Source of the DNA: an uncultured Clostridia bacterium
GTDB lineage: Bacteria; Bacillota; Clostridia; Christensenellales; CAG-917
DNA: 64,000 nucleotides
Assembly (NCBI GenBank): GCA_947581925.1
Contig: CANPWB010000003.1
Location: 10,723 to 74,722 of the forward strand
Direction: 5' to 3'
Position 1 is the stretch's first letter. The number at the start of each line of letters is the position of its first letter. Under the pieces are notes generated by a model that was not told the DNA's origin, did no database searches, and worked only from the letters and a program-made list of their open reading frames with translations. Positions 41,796-52,860 of the stretch are shown here, piece after piece. The translations under genes were made by a program, and so were the position numbers.

Positions 41796-42032
41796 ATGGA
41801 CGAAAACAATATTGTGAGAAAGCTCGCTCAGCTTACAAACATGAATGTGATGGTGCTTTTCATACTGATTTCTTTCCTCGCTCTGTCGATCGGACTTGCA
41901 TTCTATTTCCTTGTCCCGGGCAGCGTTGGCTACGGCGTCGGCATCACGATGTTTATAGTGGCGTCACTTCTGTTTGTGATCGGAGAGATCAACTATTTTA
42001 TGAAGTCGAAACGCATCGATTGGCAAAACTAA
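41796..42032 (+). CDS. Small two-TM membrane protein, 78 aa
   Basis: Strong AAGGAGGTG SD; two hydrophobic helices. Confidence 0.85.
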   Translation: MDENNIVRKLAQLTNMNVMVLFILISFLALSIGLAFYFLVPGSVGYGVGITMFIVASLLFVIGEINYFMKSKRIDWQN

Positions 42033-42104
42033 AGAGACAAGCAAAAAAATCGCGCGCCCGTACACATGTGCAGACGCCCGATTTTTTTGTTTTCCGCAAT
42101 TTGA

Positions 42105-42521
42105 TGGAGCCCCAAGTATACCCCACAAAAACACTGCGTATTTTTGCGGGGACCCCGATCTAAAACCCCATAAAACCGCTGCGCAATTTTATGGGGACCC
42201 CGATCTAAAACCCCACGAAATCACTGCGTAATTTCGTGGGGGACCCCGATATAGCTCAGACAAAGGTAACGTAAATCACTCAGACAAAACGTCCGTCAAT
42301 ATCAAATTCTCACGCAGGAGTTTTGACACTTGAAATCAATCAAAAAACGCGCAAATGTAGTGACTTTTGCCACTACATTTGCGCGTTTTTAGCTTGGGAT
42401 CGCAAAGGGCAAAGCGCCCTTTGCCGAGGTGTGGAGCAGAGCTCCATCTGGGGCGTGCAGGGCGAGTAGCCCTGCGTGGGGCGACGAAGTCCCTTGCCGA
42501 GGTGTGGAGCAGAGCTCCACG
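42105..42521 (-). repeat. Composite repeat, copy 9 (three tandem D hairpins)
   Basis: Reverse-strand A and B modules plus D x3 (~42118-42250); layout matches copy 5. Confidence 0.88.
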
Positions 42522-42581
42522 AATAGCATAAGGTCGTAAAATGCGCTTGCAATTTTGGGGGAGGGGGATTATGATAGAGGC

Positions 42582-43400
42582 ATGACAAAGAGAGTACTTG
42601 TGATCGCAGACATGTGCACGGTGGGACAATGCTCGCTGTCCGTTGCGCTGCCCATACTTTCCGCATGCGGGGCGGAGGCGTGTCCTTTGCCCATCGCGCT
42701 ACTCTCAGCCCACTCTGTGGGATTTGAGGGATATTCGCGCAATTCGATGTTTAAAGAGGCGAATGAGGCACTTAAAAGCCTTGTTTTGTCAAATACGCGC
42801 TTTGACGCGGTGTTTTCCATGTATCTGGGCGGCGCGAAGGAGGTTATGCTCGCGGAGGACGCGGGAGAGCTGCTCAAAGACGGCGGAATGAGGATCGTTG
42901 ACCCCGCTATGGCGGACTTTGGGACGTTGTATCCCGACCTTGACGGGACGCTTGTCGAGGAGACGGCTACGCTTATCGCGGGGGCGGACGTAGTCACGCC
43001 AAACCTCACGGAGGCGTGCTTGCTTGCGAAGGCGCAGTATCGCGAGAGCTATGACGAGGCGTTTGTGCTTGGGCTCGCGCGCACGATAAAGAATGAGCTC
43101 GGCGGGGAAAAAGTCGTCGTAACGGGGGTAACGCTAGAGGACGGCAGGATAGGCGCGTATGCCTACGACGGCAAGCGGGGCAAGTACTTCGCGCACAGGG
43201 CGGAGGCGCGCGTCTGCCATGGTGCGGGCGACGTATTTTCAAGCGCATTGACGGGCAAATTGCTTGCGGGAGTCCCCTTCTTCGACAGCGTGAAAGCGGC
43301 GGAAGAGTTCACTTATGCCGCCATTCTCGCTACGCTTGACGACCCCGAACATTTTTACGGCCTGCACTTTGAAAAATGCCTCTCCATGTTGATGAAATGA
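42582..43400 (+). CDS. pdxK: Pyridoxal/pyridoxamine kinase (ribokinase fold)
   Basis: GQCSLSVALPILS, VDPAMADFG, TPNLTEACLL, HGAGDVFSS. Confidence 0.85.
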   Translation: MTKRVLVIADMCTVGQCSLSVALPILSACGAEACPLPIALLSAHSVGFEGYSRNSMFKEANEALKSLVLSNTRFDAVFSMYLGGAKEVMLAEDAGELLKDGGMRIVDPAMADFGTLYPDLDGTLVEETATLIAGADVVTPNLTEACLLAKAQYRESYDEAFVLGLARTIKNELGGEKVVVTGVTLEDGRIGAYAYDGKRGKYFAHRAEARVCHGAGDVFSSALTGKLLAGVPFFDSVKAAEEFTYAAILATLDDPEHFYGLHFEKCLSMLMK

Positions 43401-43441
43401 GCATTAACGAATTGGCGTTTTAAAGACACGCACAATGTACC

Positions 43442-43752
43442 AGGGGATTCCTCGACTTCGCTACGCTCCGCTCGGAATGACAATAGTTGTCATGCTGAGT
43501 TTGTCGAAACATCCCCCTGTTTTACCCCACAAAAACACCGTGTGTTTTTGTGGGATAAAAGGAAGCAATCCCTGGTCTTAGCAAATAACTCAGACTATAT
43601 TTCCGTAAATATCAAATTCTCACGCAGGAGTTTTGGCACTTGCAATCAAATTCAAAATGCGCGAACTAGTGACAAAAGTCACGACATTCGCGCATTTTTA
43701 GCTTGGGGTGCAGGGGACGAAGTCCCTTGCCGGAGAGTGGGGCAGCGCCCCA
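43442..43752 (-). repeat. Composite repeat, copy 10
   Basis: A and B modules on the minus strand after the NUDIX stop, plus a C module. Confidence 0.85.
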
Positions 43753-43763
43753 AAAATAGTTCG

Positions 43764-44261
43764 TCAGATGTTCAGAATGTAGGTGAGGGTGGGCACAAAC
43801 GCTCCCTTTGAGATGAGCGCGCGAATGTCGTCTTTTGTCAGCCATTTGACTTGCGCGACTTCGTCCGTCGTAGCGCGAGAAAGGTCGACTTCGCCGTCAT
43901 AGCGAAAATTCCACGCCTCTAGGATATCCTTGAATTTTTTGCCGTTTTCGACGCCACGCACCTTTGTGAAAAGCAATTTTCCGCATTTTGGGTCAAGATC
44001 CACCCCGACTTCTTCCTTCGTCTCGCGTAAAGCGCCCTGAAGTCCGTCCTCACCCGCAAGTACGGAGCCGCCTTGGCATTCCCACATGAGCGGGAAAGTG
44101 GGGCGGGAAGCCGCGCGTTGAGAAATGAGGTATTTTCCTTCGCCGTTTTGTATCCAGATGTGAACGACAAGGTGATATGCCCCCTCGGGCAGATCCTCGC
44201 CGCGGACGATCGTGGCGCCGAGTTTGACTTTATTTTTGTCATAAAGATCCCAAACTTCCAT
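43764..44261 (-). CDS. NUDIX hydrolase
   Basis: GSVLAGEDGLQGALRETKEEVGV Nudix box. Confidence 0.93.
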   Translation of the reverse strand: MEVWDLYDKNKVKLGATIVRGEDLPEGAYHLVVHIWIQNGEGKYLISQRAASRPTFPLMWECQGGSVLAGEDGLQGALRETKEEVGVDLDPKCGKLLFTKVRGVENGKKFKDILEAWNFRYDGEVDLSRATTDEVAQVKWLTKDDIRALISKGAFVPTLTYILNI

Positions 44262-44364
44262 ATGTTTATCCTCTCGTAAAGATTTTTTTTATCATATGCG
44301 CCCGCCGCATGCGAAAAGTTGCGCCGACGGCGAAGGGAGCAAGCGTTTCAACCGCAAGCAAGTC

Positions 44365-44808
44365 TTATTTCTCACCCGTGGAGCCGAAACCGCCCTCGCC
44401 GCGCGAAGTCTGTCCGAGGGAGTCCGTCTCATCAAATACGGCGGTGACATAGGGCGTAAAGACGATTTGCGCTATGCGCTCCCCGTCATCCACCGTCTGC
44501 GGCGTGAGGGAGTGATTGTGAAGGGAGACGATTATCTCACCGCGGTAGTCGCTGTCCACGACGCCCACCTTGTTTGCGGGGGCGAGGCCGCGTTTCGAGG
44601 CAAGCCCGCTGCGCGCGTACACGAGTCCTACAAGCCCGTCGGGTATTTCGAGCGACAGCCCCGTATGTACAAACACCGTCTCGCCCGGCGCGATGGTCAA
44701 GCTTTGCGCGTTGAGGCAAGCGTACAGGTCCGCGCCCGCGGCGCATGCCGTGCCGTAGGAGGGGAGTTTTGCGTCTTCTCTCAATTTTTTGACTTTTACT
44801 TTCGTCAT
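44365..44808 (-). CDS. dut: dUTPase (trimeric)
   Basis: AAGADL, ARSGLA, GVVDSDYRGE, RIAQ, RGEGGFGSTG. Confidence 0.97.
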   Translation of the reverse strand: MTKVKVKKLREDAKLPSYGTACAAGADLYACLNAQSLTIAPGETVFVHTGLSLEIPDGLVGLVYARSGLASKRGLAPANKVGVVDSDYRGEIIVSLHNHSLTPQTVDDGERIAQIVFTPYVTAVFDETDSLGQTSRGEGGFGSTGEK

Positions 44809-44960
44809 AATTTCTCCGATATGTTGTGATGTTGATTTTGCGAAGCTCGCGTTTTGCTTTGCTTCGGCAAGCGCAGGGTAAGCGCAAAAAATATTCGCGT
44901 CATAGCCCGTTGCCTCAAAAAACGCGACATGTATCAAGTTTTTTGCGAGACAGGGCGCGC

Positions 44961-45221
44961 TTATTTGTTTTTCAACCGCGCAAACAGACCCTGCTTTTGA
45001 TAGGGGCGCTCCTCTTTTTGTAGCACGGCATAGCCCTCCGCCTCTATCGCTTTCACGACGACGTCCGTATCGAGGTCGTCATCAAGCACGACATCAACTT
45101 TGCCGCTCGTATGCGACGCTTTTACGCTCTTGACGTTTGCCGCCTTGCGTACGGCGTCCGCGACATGCGCCTCGCACGCGCCGCACATCATGCCGTCCAC
45201 TTTGAGCACAAGTTCTTTCAT
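44961..45221 (-). CDS. copZ: Heavy-metal-associated (CopZ-like) chaperone
   Basis: GMMCGAC HMA motif; downstream of copA. Confidence 0.85.
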   Translation of the reverse strand: MKELVLKVDGMMCGACEAHVADAVRKAANVKSVKASHTSGKVDVVLDDDLDTDVVVKAIEAEGYAVLQKEERPYQKQGLFARLKNK

Positions 45222-47908
45222 TCTTTCACCTCGTAGCCCGCGTCCTCTATTGCGATTTTTACGGCGTCGAGGCTTGCGCCCTCCTCAAGTACGAGCGTAG
45301 CTGTCCCTGCCGCGAGGTCAACGTCTGCGCTCTTCACGCCGTTTACGCCAAGGCACGCCTTTGTAACGTGCTTGACGCAGTGGTCACACATCATACCTTC
45401 AACTTTAAGCACTACAGTTTTCATTTTTGTACCATCCTCCGATATATTTTGCTTGGAGGCGTTCGCCTCCGGATCTTGATCTTTTTGTTCCGTTTCGGGC
45501 GCTTCGCCGCGCGCATTCTCGTTTGCGGGAGAGTCTTCATCAAAAACTTGCGCTACTTCCGCGATTTTATCGTTCGTATCTGCCGTAGAGGTTCTGTCGC
45601 TCGCGTTTTCAAAAGAGGGAAGAGACTTTTCGCCCTCGGCGGGGACGGAGCCTTGCTTGACCTTGAAGAAGTTTATCGTGAGCGCGTTGAGCACTACGGA
45701 CACGCTGGATATGCTCATCGCAAGCGAACCTATCATGGGGTTTATCATGAGGTCGGAGCGGATGTACGAGAACGCGCCCGTGGCGAATATCACGCATACA
45801 CAGTTGTAAAAGAATGCCCAGAAAAGCCCGAGTTTTATCGTATTCAGCGTGCGTTTGGAGAGCGCGATGACGTTGAGCACGTCCATAAGGTCGTCGCGCA
45901 GCAGCACGATATCCGCGCTTTCCGTCGCAATGTCGCTCCCGCCGCCTATCGCTATGCCGAGGTCGGCGCTTGCGAGGGCAGGGGCGTCATTTACGCCGTC
46001 GCCCACCATGGCGACGAGGTGTTTATCGTCCGATTTGAGGCTGTTGACGACGGCTTGTTTATCTTCGGGGCGCACGTCCGATATGACCTCGTCCACGCCC
46101 ACTTCCGCCGCTATGACTTCCGCCGTAGCGCGATTGTCGCCCGTCAGCATCACGACTTTTATGCCCTTAGCCTTTAGCAGGCGCACCGCCTCCGCGGACG
46201 TGGGTTTGACCTCGTCCTTGACGGACAGCGTAGCCACGGCATGCCCGTTCGCGGACAGTATGAGCGGAGTTTTGCCCTCCGTCGCCCACTTTTTGGCGAG
46301 GGACAGCTCTTCCTCGCTCACTCCCGCTTCAAGCGCGTAGTTTATGTTGCCGATGTGATAGGTCGCGCCGTTCACGGTCGCCGTCAGCCCTTTGCCGGGC
46401 AGGGCGGCATAGCTTGATATGTCGAGGAGCGTCGCGCCCTTTTCCTTTGCGTATTCGACGACTGCCAGCGCGAGCGGGTGCTCCGATCTGTTCTCCATGG
46501 AATAGATGATGTCAAGCGCGCCGTCCGTAGCGCTTTCAAAGTCCACGACTTTGGGCTTGCCGCGGGTAATTGTGCCCGTCTTGTCCAAAACTACGGTTTT
46601 GATGAGGTGTGCTTTTTCGAGTATCTCCGCGTTTTTGATGAGCAGCCCGTTTGCCGCGCCCTTGCCCGTACCCACCATTATGGCGACGGGAGTCGCGAGA
46701 CCGAGCGCGCAGGGGCAGGCTATGACTACGACGGTGATAGCGAAGTTGAGCGCCCTCTCGAAAGTCGCGCCCGCTATGAGGTTTGCGGCGAACGTGACTA
46801 AGGCGATAGCGAAAATTATGGGCACGAAAACGCCGGATATCTTGTCCGCGAGCTTGGATATGGGCGCCTTTGAATTGCTCGCCTCGTCCACAAGGCGTAT
46901 GATGTTGGCTATCGACGTGTCCTCGCCGACTTTGCTCGCGCGCATTTTGAAATAGCCCGCCGCGAGCGTTGTGGAAGAGAATACTTCGTCCCCGACGCTC
47001 TTGAACACGGGGATGCTCTCGCCCGTTATGTTGGACTGGTCGAGGGAGCCGTTGCCCTCCGTTATCACGCCGTCAACGGGGACGCTCTCGCCCGCGCGTA
47101 CAATAAGTATATCGCCGACTTTTACGTCCTCGGCGGCTATCTCGACTTCCTCGCCGCCGCTCAGCAGCGTCGCGCGCTTGGGGGCGAGGTCCATTATCTT
47201 CGTTATGGCGTCCGTCGTGCGTTTTTTTGAAAGTCCCTCAAGATATTTGCCGAGGCTTACGAGCGTGAGTATCATTCCGGCGGATTCAAAATACAGGCTG
47301 TCGTGATAGGTGTGCAGCACCCCCGTCCACTTCTCGGCGTCAACGCCGCCCGCTATGCGCGCCTCGGCATAGGACAGCACAAAGAGCGCGAATACGCCGT
47401 ACAGCACGGACGCGGACGCACCCACCGCGATGAGCGAGTCCATATTCGGCTTGCCTTTAAATAACTTTTTGAAACCCGAAACGAAATATCTGTTGTAAAT
47501 GAGGAGTATGGGCGTCACAAGCACGAGCTGTATGAGCGCGAACCCCACGGGATTTTGCATATGGTCGAGAAAGGACGGCGCGGGAAAGCCCCACATCATG
47601 TTGCCCATACTGAAATACATCAGAACGAGCAGCAAAACTATGGAGACGACAAGTTTCAAAAGCGCGTAGTCCTTTTTGTCTTGGACGGGAGCCGCGCTCT
47701 CGCCCTCGGGGTACGTCTTATAGCCCGCCTCTTCTACGGCGGCGGAAATGACGGCAGGGGAAAGCGAGGCGTCGCACTCCACCACCATATTGTTTTTGAG
47801 CAGGTTGACGTTTACGCTCTTTACGCCCGCTACGCCTTCCACCGCTTTTTGCACATGCGACTGACACGCGGCACACGTCATACCTTCAACTGAAAATTTC
47901 CTTTTCAA
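45218..47908 (-). CDS. copA: Cu(I)-translocating P1B ATPase with N- and C-terminal HMA domains
   Basis: GMTCAAC, TGES, CPCALGLATP, DKTGT, GDGVNDAP, C-terminal GMMCDHC. Confidence 0.95.
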   Translation of the reverse strand: MKRKFSVEGMTCAACQSHVQKAVEGVAGVKSVNVNLLKNNMVVECDASLSPAVISAAVEEAGYKTYPEGESAAPVQDKKDYALLKLVVSIVLLLVLMYFSMGNMMWGFPAPSFLDHMQNPVGFALIQLVLVTPILLIYNRYFVSGFKKLFKGKPNMDSLIAVGASASVLYGVFALFVLSYAEARIAGGVDAEKWTGVLHTYHDSLYFESAGMILTLVSLGKYLEGLSKKRTTDAITKIMDLAPKRATLLSGGEEVEIAAEDVKVGDILIVRAGESVPVDGVITEGNGSLDQSNITGESIPVFKSVGDEVFSSTTLAAGYFKMRASKVGEDTSIANIIRLVDEASNSKAPISKLADKISGVFVPIIFAIALVTFAANLIAGATFERALNFAITVVVIACPCALGLATPVAIMVGTGKGAANGLLIKNAEILEKAHLIKTVVLDKTGTITRGKPKVVDFESATDGALDIIYSMENRSEHPLALAVVEYAKEKGATLLDISSYAALPGKGLTATVNGATYHIGNINYALEAGVSEEELSLAKKWATEGKTPLILSANGHAVATLSVKDEVKPTSAEAVRLLKAKGIKVVMLTGDNRATAEVIAAEVGVDEVISDVRPEDKQAVVNSLKSDDKHLVAMVGDGVNDAPALASADLGIAIGGGSDIATESADIVLLRDDLMDVLNVIALSKRTLNTIKLGLFWAFFYNCVCVIFATGAFSYIRSDLMINPMIGSLAMSISSVSVVLNALTINFFKVKQGSVPAEGEKSLPSFENASDRTSTADTNDKIAEVAQVFDEDSPANENARGEAPETEQKDQDPEANASKQNISEDGTKMKTVVLKVEGMMCDHCVKHVTKACLGVNGVKSADVDLAAGTATLVLEEGASLDAVKIAIEDAGYEVKE

Positions 47909-48255
47909 TGCATAAACCTCTTGAACAGCATGAGCACCTCGTCAACGGAGCCATCCTCGCCCGCTTTGATGTCCCGCACTACGCAGCCGCGCATATGCTG
48001 TTCCAAAATATATGTAGATATGCTCTTGACCGCGCTGTCGATGGCGCTGAGTTGCATGAGCACGTCCTCGCAATATCTGTCCTCGTCTATCATACGCTTT
48101 ACGCCGCCGAGCTGTCCTATGACGCGGTTGAGTCTGCCGTCGATATAGTGCTTCTCTTTTTCGCTGCGCACGGTCTTGCGCACTTCGCCCTCTACTACGC
48201 AGCCGCAGGGCGCTGTCGTTTTCGTTGTCTCTTTCACATTGTTGCCTTTTTTCAT
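47905..48255 (-). CDS. csoR: CsoR-family copper-sensing repressor
   Basis: RLNRVIGQLGGVKRMI..YCEDVLMQLSA..HMRGCV (Cys-His-Cys). Confidence 0.92.
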   Translation of the reverse strand: MKKGNNVKETTKTTAPCGCVVEGEVRKTVRSEKEKHYIDGRLNRVIGQLGGVKRMIDEDRYCEDVLMQLSAIDSAVKSISTYILEQHMRGCVVRDIKAGEDGSVDEVLMLFKRFMH

Positions 48256-48289
48256 AATTTTTCTCCCTTGCTCTTTATCGAGCATAGCA

Positions 48290-48318
48290 ATTATATACCC
48301 GTCGCGGGTATGTGTCAA
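48290..48318 (-). promoter_or_regulatory. Consensus sigma-A promoter with CsoR operator in the spacer
   Basis: TTGACA-17-TATAAT on the minus strand; palindrome ATACCC-GTCGC-GGGTAT at 48295-48311. Confidence 0.88.
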
Positions 48319-48574
48319 CAGGAAATCGAAAAGTTTTCGGAAAATTTTGACCGAGTAAATATATATTTTATGCGGCTGAAAACAAAAAGTTGAAAAATTT
48401 TTAGGATTTTTGGGTATTTTCTGCGTATATATAAATAGTCGGAAAAAACAGAGCGGGCAAATCTCGGGCGCAGCGCCCAAAGTACTCCGCATGCAAAACG
48501 CATAGGTTTTTACCCGCGCACATACGGATAAGTCGGCAAAAGCGAGTATCGCCGCTAAAAACAGGAAGGAGAGT

Positions 48575-50371
48575 ATGAGTCAAGGCTTCACCCCGGAGTT
48601 TTTGGAAGAGCTCAAATACAAGTGCGACATCGTAGAGATAATTTCGCAGTACGTGCCTTTGCAGAAGAAGGGAGGGCGCTATTTCGGATGCTGTCCCTTC
48701 CACAACGAAAAGACGGGCTCGTTCTGCGTAAATCAGGCGGAAGGCTTTTATCATTGCTTCGGCTGCGGCGCAAGCGGGGACGTCATCAAGTTTATACAGG
48801 AGATAGAATCCGTCAGCTTTTTTGACGCGGTGAAATATCTTGCGGACAAGGTGGGTATGCCTCTGCCCGAATTCAAGATAGACCCCGAGTACGGCAAGAA
48901 AAAGGAGAGGCGCGACACTTTGAAGTCGGTCATGCGCGACGCCGCGCTATATTATCGCAACAACCTTCTCGACCCCGAAAAGGGTAAGGCGGCAAGGGAG
49001 TATCTTTCGGCGCGCGGGCTGGGCGATGACGCGTCAAAGCGCTATGGGCTGGGGCTGTCTCTCGACTATGACGGCATGGTGAACTATCTGAGGTACAAAA
49101 ACTATACGCTTGCGGACCTCTTCGATTGCGGGCTCATCTCGAGCAAGGAAAATCCCTTTGACGCGTTTGCAAACAGGATAATCGTGCCGATAATCAATTC
49201 TATGGACGAAGTCGTGGCTTTTGGCGGGCGCATATATCATGGCGAGACGGACGTCGCAAAATACAAAAACTCCACAAATACGCCGCTTTTCGACAAGGGG
49301 CACATAATATTCGGGCTCAACTACGTCAAGCGCGATCGCAAGCAGGGCGAAGTCTTGGAGCGGCTCATACTCGTCGAGGGATATATGGACGTCATCGCGC
49401 TCGGCGCGGCTGGGATATACGGCGCGGTCGCGGGCATGGGCACGGCGCTCACCGAGGGGCAGGCGAGGGATCTGAGACGCCTCTCCGAGCGGATATACGT
49501 GTGCTATGACGGCGACGGCGCGGGACAGAAAGCGACGGGCAAAAACCTCGATACGCTCACGGCGGCGGGGCTGGACGTAAGAGTCGTCACGCTGCCCGAC
49601 GGCAAGGACCCCGACGAGACAGTGCGCAGCGAGGGGAAAGAAGGCTTTTTGAAATATCTCGACGCGGCGCTCCCGGTCATCGAATACAAGCTGAAACTTA
49701 TAGAAAAAGCGAGCGAGCTCTCCTCTCTCGACGGCAGGGCGAAGTATGCGCGTGAGGCGGCAAAATTGCTCAAAACCATAGATGACAGGACGCAAAGGGC
49801 AGTTTATGCATCGATTGTGTCAAAAAAGAGCGGACTTAGCGAGGAGCAGCTCGAGACGTCGATAACGGGCATAAGGTCGGGCGCGCAAAACCTCGATCCG
49901 CCTTCGAGGCGGCCTATGACGAGCGGAGGCGCGGTGGAAGTGAGACAGGCGGACGCGCGCGAGCTGAGGGCGGCGAGAGTAGTGCTCGCCTCGCTCGTGA
50001 GAAAGAGGGAGTACGCGGATATCTCGCTTGTGAAAAAGGCGTGGCTGCCCATGGCAGTGCACGTGATGATATTCGAGGCGCTATGCGAAAACAAAGATTT
50101 CTCGATAGGTAGCATTTATAGCTATGTGGAACCGGACGCGGAGGTGGACAAGATAGTAGGGCAGCAGCTCCCCGAGGACGGGGCGACGGCAAAGAAACTG
50201 TATGACGACTGCCTCATCTGCATCGCGGACGGCTACATCTCGGCGCGGCTCAAAGCGCTCAACGCGAAATACGGTTCATTGACCGATCCCGAAGAGAAGA
50301 ATGCTACGGTTTTTGAGATAGCAAAGTTGCAAAAACAATTGGGCTCTCGGTCGATAACGGATAAACAATAA
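48575..50371 (+). CDS. dnaG: DNA primase
   Basis: CPFHNEKT..CFGC zinc finger, KYKNS, VEGYMDV, CYDGDGAG, KDPDE. Confidence 0.97.
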   Translation: MSQGFTPEFLEELKYKCDIVEIISQYVPLQKKGGRYFGCCPFHNEKTGSFCVNQAEGFYHCFGCGASGDVIKFIQEIESVSFFDAVKYLADKVGMPLPEFKIDPEYGKKKERRDTLKSVMRDAALYYRNNLLDPEKGKAAREYLSARGLGDDASKRYGLGLSLDYDGMVNYLRYKNYTLADLFDCGLISSKENPFDAFANRIIVPIINSMDEVVAFGGRIYHGETDVAKYKNSTNTPLFDKGHIIFGLNYVKRDRKQGEVLERLILVEGYMDVIALGAAGIYGAVAGMGTALTEGQARDLRRLSERIYVCYDGDGAGQKATGKNLDTLTAAGLDVRVVTLPDGKDPDETVRSEGKEGFLKYLDAALPVIEYKLKLIEKASELSSLDGRAKYAREAAKLLKTIDDRTQRAVYASIVSKKSGLSEEQLETSITGIRSGAQNLDPPSRRPMTSGGAVEVRQADARELRAARVVLASLVRKREYADISLVKKAWLPMAVHVMIFEALCENKDFSIGSIYSYVEPDAEVDKIVGQQLPEDGATAKKLYDDCLICIADGYISARLKALNAKYGSLTDPEEKNATVFEIAKLQKQLGSRSITDKQ

Positions 50372-50389
50372 AGGAGGAAGATCAAGAAA

Positions 50390-51436
50390 ATGGAAAGAGA
50401 ACAGCTTTTGAAACAGGAGATCGACAAACTCATCGAGGCGAACAAGGAAAAAGGGTCCGTCAGCGAAGAGGAGATAATGAAAAAACTCGAGCATATCAAC
50501 GCTACGGCGGAGGATATGGAAGTCGTATTCAAGGCTCTCGCGGACGCGGGAATAACCTTGATCGAGGCGCAGGAGGAGGACATCACCGACATTTCCTCCA
50601 TGCCCGACGGGACGGTGGACGACTCCGTTAAGATTTACCTTAAAGAGATAGGCAAAGTGCCGCTGCTCACCGCGGAGCAGGAGATAGAGCTTGCAAAGCG
50701 CATGGAGGCGGGCGACGAGAAGGCGAAAGCTACTTTGAGCGAGGCGAACCTCAGGCTCGTCGTGTCCATCGCGAAGAGATATGTCGGGCGCGGCATGCAA
50801 TTCCTCGACCTCATACAAGAGGGCAATATGGGGCTCATGAAGGCGGTGGACAAATTCGACTACACCAAGGGCTTCAAATTTTCCACATACGCGACGTGGT
50901 GGATAAGGCAGTCCATAACGCGCGCCATAGCGGATCAAGCGAGGACGATACGTATCCCCGTGCACATGGTGGAGACGATAAACAAGCAGGTGCGCGCGAC
51001 AAGACATCTCCTTCAACAGCTTGGGCGCGAACCCAGCCCCGAGGAGATCGCGGAGTATCTCGGCTGCCCCGTGGAGCGCGTGCGCGAGATACAGAAGATA
51101 GCGCAGGATCCCGTCTCCCTCGAGACCCCGATAGGCGAGGAGGAGGACAGCCACCTCGGCGACTTCATAGAGGACAATACCGCGCTTTCTCCAAGCGACG
51201 TCGCCGAGAGCAATATGCTCAAAGAACAGCTCATCCAAGTGCTCAACACCCTCACCCCGCGCGAGGAAAAGGTGCTACGCTTGAGATACGGGCTTGACGA
51301 CAGCCACCCCCGCACCCTCGAGGAAGTGGGCAAGGAATTCAACGTCACGCGCGAGCGCATACGCCAGATAGAGGCGAAGGCGCTTCGCAAGCTGCGTCAC
51401 CCCAACCGCCTCAAAAAGCTCAAGGACTTTGACTGA
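50390..51436 (+). CDS. sigA: RNA polymerase primary sigma factor
   Basis: [45 protein letters not shown]. Confidence 0.98.
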   Translation: MEREQLLKQEIDKLIEANKEKGSVSEEEIMKKLEHINATAEDMEVVFKALADAGITLIEAQEEDITDISSMPDGTVDDSVKIYLKEIGKVPLLTAEQEIELAKRMEAGDEKAKATLSEANLRLVVSIAKRYVGRGMQFLDLIQEGNMGLMKAVDKFDYTKGFKFSTYATWWIRQSITRAIADQARTIRIPVHMVETINKQVRATRHLLQQLGREPSPEEIAEYLGCPVERVREIQKIAQDPVSLETPIGEEEDSHLGDFIEDNTALSPSDVAESNMLKEQLIQVLNTLTPREEKVLRLRYGLDDSHPRTLEEVGKEFNVTRERIRQIEAKALRKLRHPNRLKKLKDFD

Positions 51437-52104
51437 TGCCGATACGACTCGATGAAAGACTTTCCGCAGTCGCTTCCCTCGTCAAAGGGGGGAGCGTGGC
51501 GGACATAGGTTGCGACCACGGCAAACTCGCCTACTTTCTTGTCTCGACGGACAGGGCAAAAAAAGTCGTCGCGACGGACATAAGCGAGCAGAGCCTTAAA
51601 AAGGCGAGGGACCTCGTGCTTGAAAACGGCGCGGACGAGCTTGTGGACATACGCCTCGGCGACGGGCTTGCGCCCATAAAGAGCGGCGAGGTGGATACCG
51701 TCGTCATAGCGGGGCTGGGCGGCGACGTCATATCCGAAATAATATCGCGCGCGCATGAGGACGGCAAGAGGTTTGAGGGATACATACTCTCGCCCAACAC
51801 GCACCCCGAAAAGGTGCGCCGCACGCTTATGAGCGTGGGACAAAAGATATATTTCGACAGCGCGGTGGAATGCGCGGGCAAGCTGTACACCGTTATCGCC
51901 TCGAGCGAGGGCGAGGACAGTTTGAGCGAACTTCAACAGGCTTTCGGAGCGTTTTACAAAAGTGACGCTGACTTTGTCTGCAGGGCGGAAAAAGAATTGA
52001 ATTATACGGAAGAATTGCTTGCATCGGGGGCTATATCCGACAAGCTGAAAAAGAGGACGGAAATGCTGAAAACCGCACTTAATGACTGCAAAATAGAGAG
52101 ATAA
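51436..52104 (+). CDS. trmK: tRNA m1A22 methyltransferase
   Basis: ADIGCDHG, RLGDGL, IAGLGG; canonical position after sigA. Confidence 0.9.
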   Translation: MPIRLDERLSAVASLVKGGSVADIGCDHGKLAYFLVSTDRAKKVVATDISEQSLKKARDLVLENGADELVDIRLGDGLAPIKSGEVDTVVIAGLGGDVISEIISRAHEDGKRFEGYILSPNTHPEKVRRTLMSVGQKIYFDSAVECAGKLYTVIASSEGEDSLSELQQAFGAFYKSDADFVCRAEKELNYTEELLASGAISDKLKKRTEMLKTALNDCKIER

Positions 52105-52107
52105 AGT

Positions 52108-52860
52108 ATGAAAAACGGCGACATCATCAAAATTCTTGAAGAATTCGCGCCGCCCTCTCTTGCCGAGGAATGGGACAGGATAGGGCTTATGGTGGGGAGC
52201 TTGCAAGCCGAGAATACGGGCGTGCTTGTGGCTCTCGACGTTACGCCCGAAACAATAAAAGAGGCGTGGGAGAAGGGCGCGAACCTCATAGTGTCTCATC
52301 ATCCCTTGATATGGGATCCCATCGCTCGTATAGACGAGGAGACTCCGCGCGGCGCGATGTATGCGGAGCTCATCAAAAAGGACATAACCGTGTATTCCAT
52401 GCACACCAACCTCGACAAGACGGAGGGCGGCATAAACGACCGCCTTGCGGCCATTTTAGGTGGGAAGGATGTTCAAAATGACGGACTGGGGCGCGTTTTT
52501 CCCCTTGAAGGCGTCACATTGAAACAGCTCGCCCGCCGCGTGTCCGAGAGGCTTAGCGACGACACCGTGTACGCCGTGGGCGACCCCGATAAGGTCATAA
52601 AAAAGGCATATGTCGTCGGCGGCTCTGGCGGGAGCGAATACGCGCGCGCAAAGGAAGTTGCGGACGTGCTCATCACGGGCGAAATAAAACATAATTTGCT
52701 TGTGGAGGCGAAGGCGGAAGGCTTTTGCCTTGTCGGATTTTCGCACTTCGCAAGCGAGATCTTGGCACAGGATATCTTGAGTGACGCGCTCGCGTCATAT
52801 CCGATAAATATAATCAAAGCGGCAAAGATATGTCCGTTCTGGAGGTTGGATGAAGTATGA
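52108..52860 (+). CDS. Nif3-like dinuclear metal-centre protein
   Basis: EWDRIGL, SHHPLIW, HTNLD, HFASE. Confidence 0.93.
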   Translation: MKNGDIIKILEEFAPPSLAEEWDRIGLMVGSLQAENTGVLVALDVTPETIKEAWEKGANLIVSHHPLIWDPIARIDEETPRGAMYAELIKKDITVYSMHTNLDKTEGGINDRLAAILGGKDVQNDGLGRVFPLEGVTLKQLARRVSERLSDDTVYAVGDPDKVIKKAYVVGGSGGSEYARAKEVADVLITGEIKHNLLVEAKAEGFCLVGFSHFASEILAQDILSDALASYPINIIKAAKICPFWRLDEV

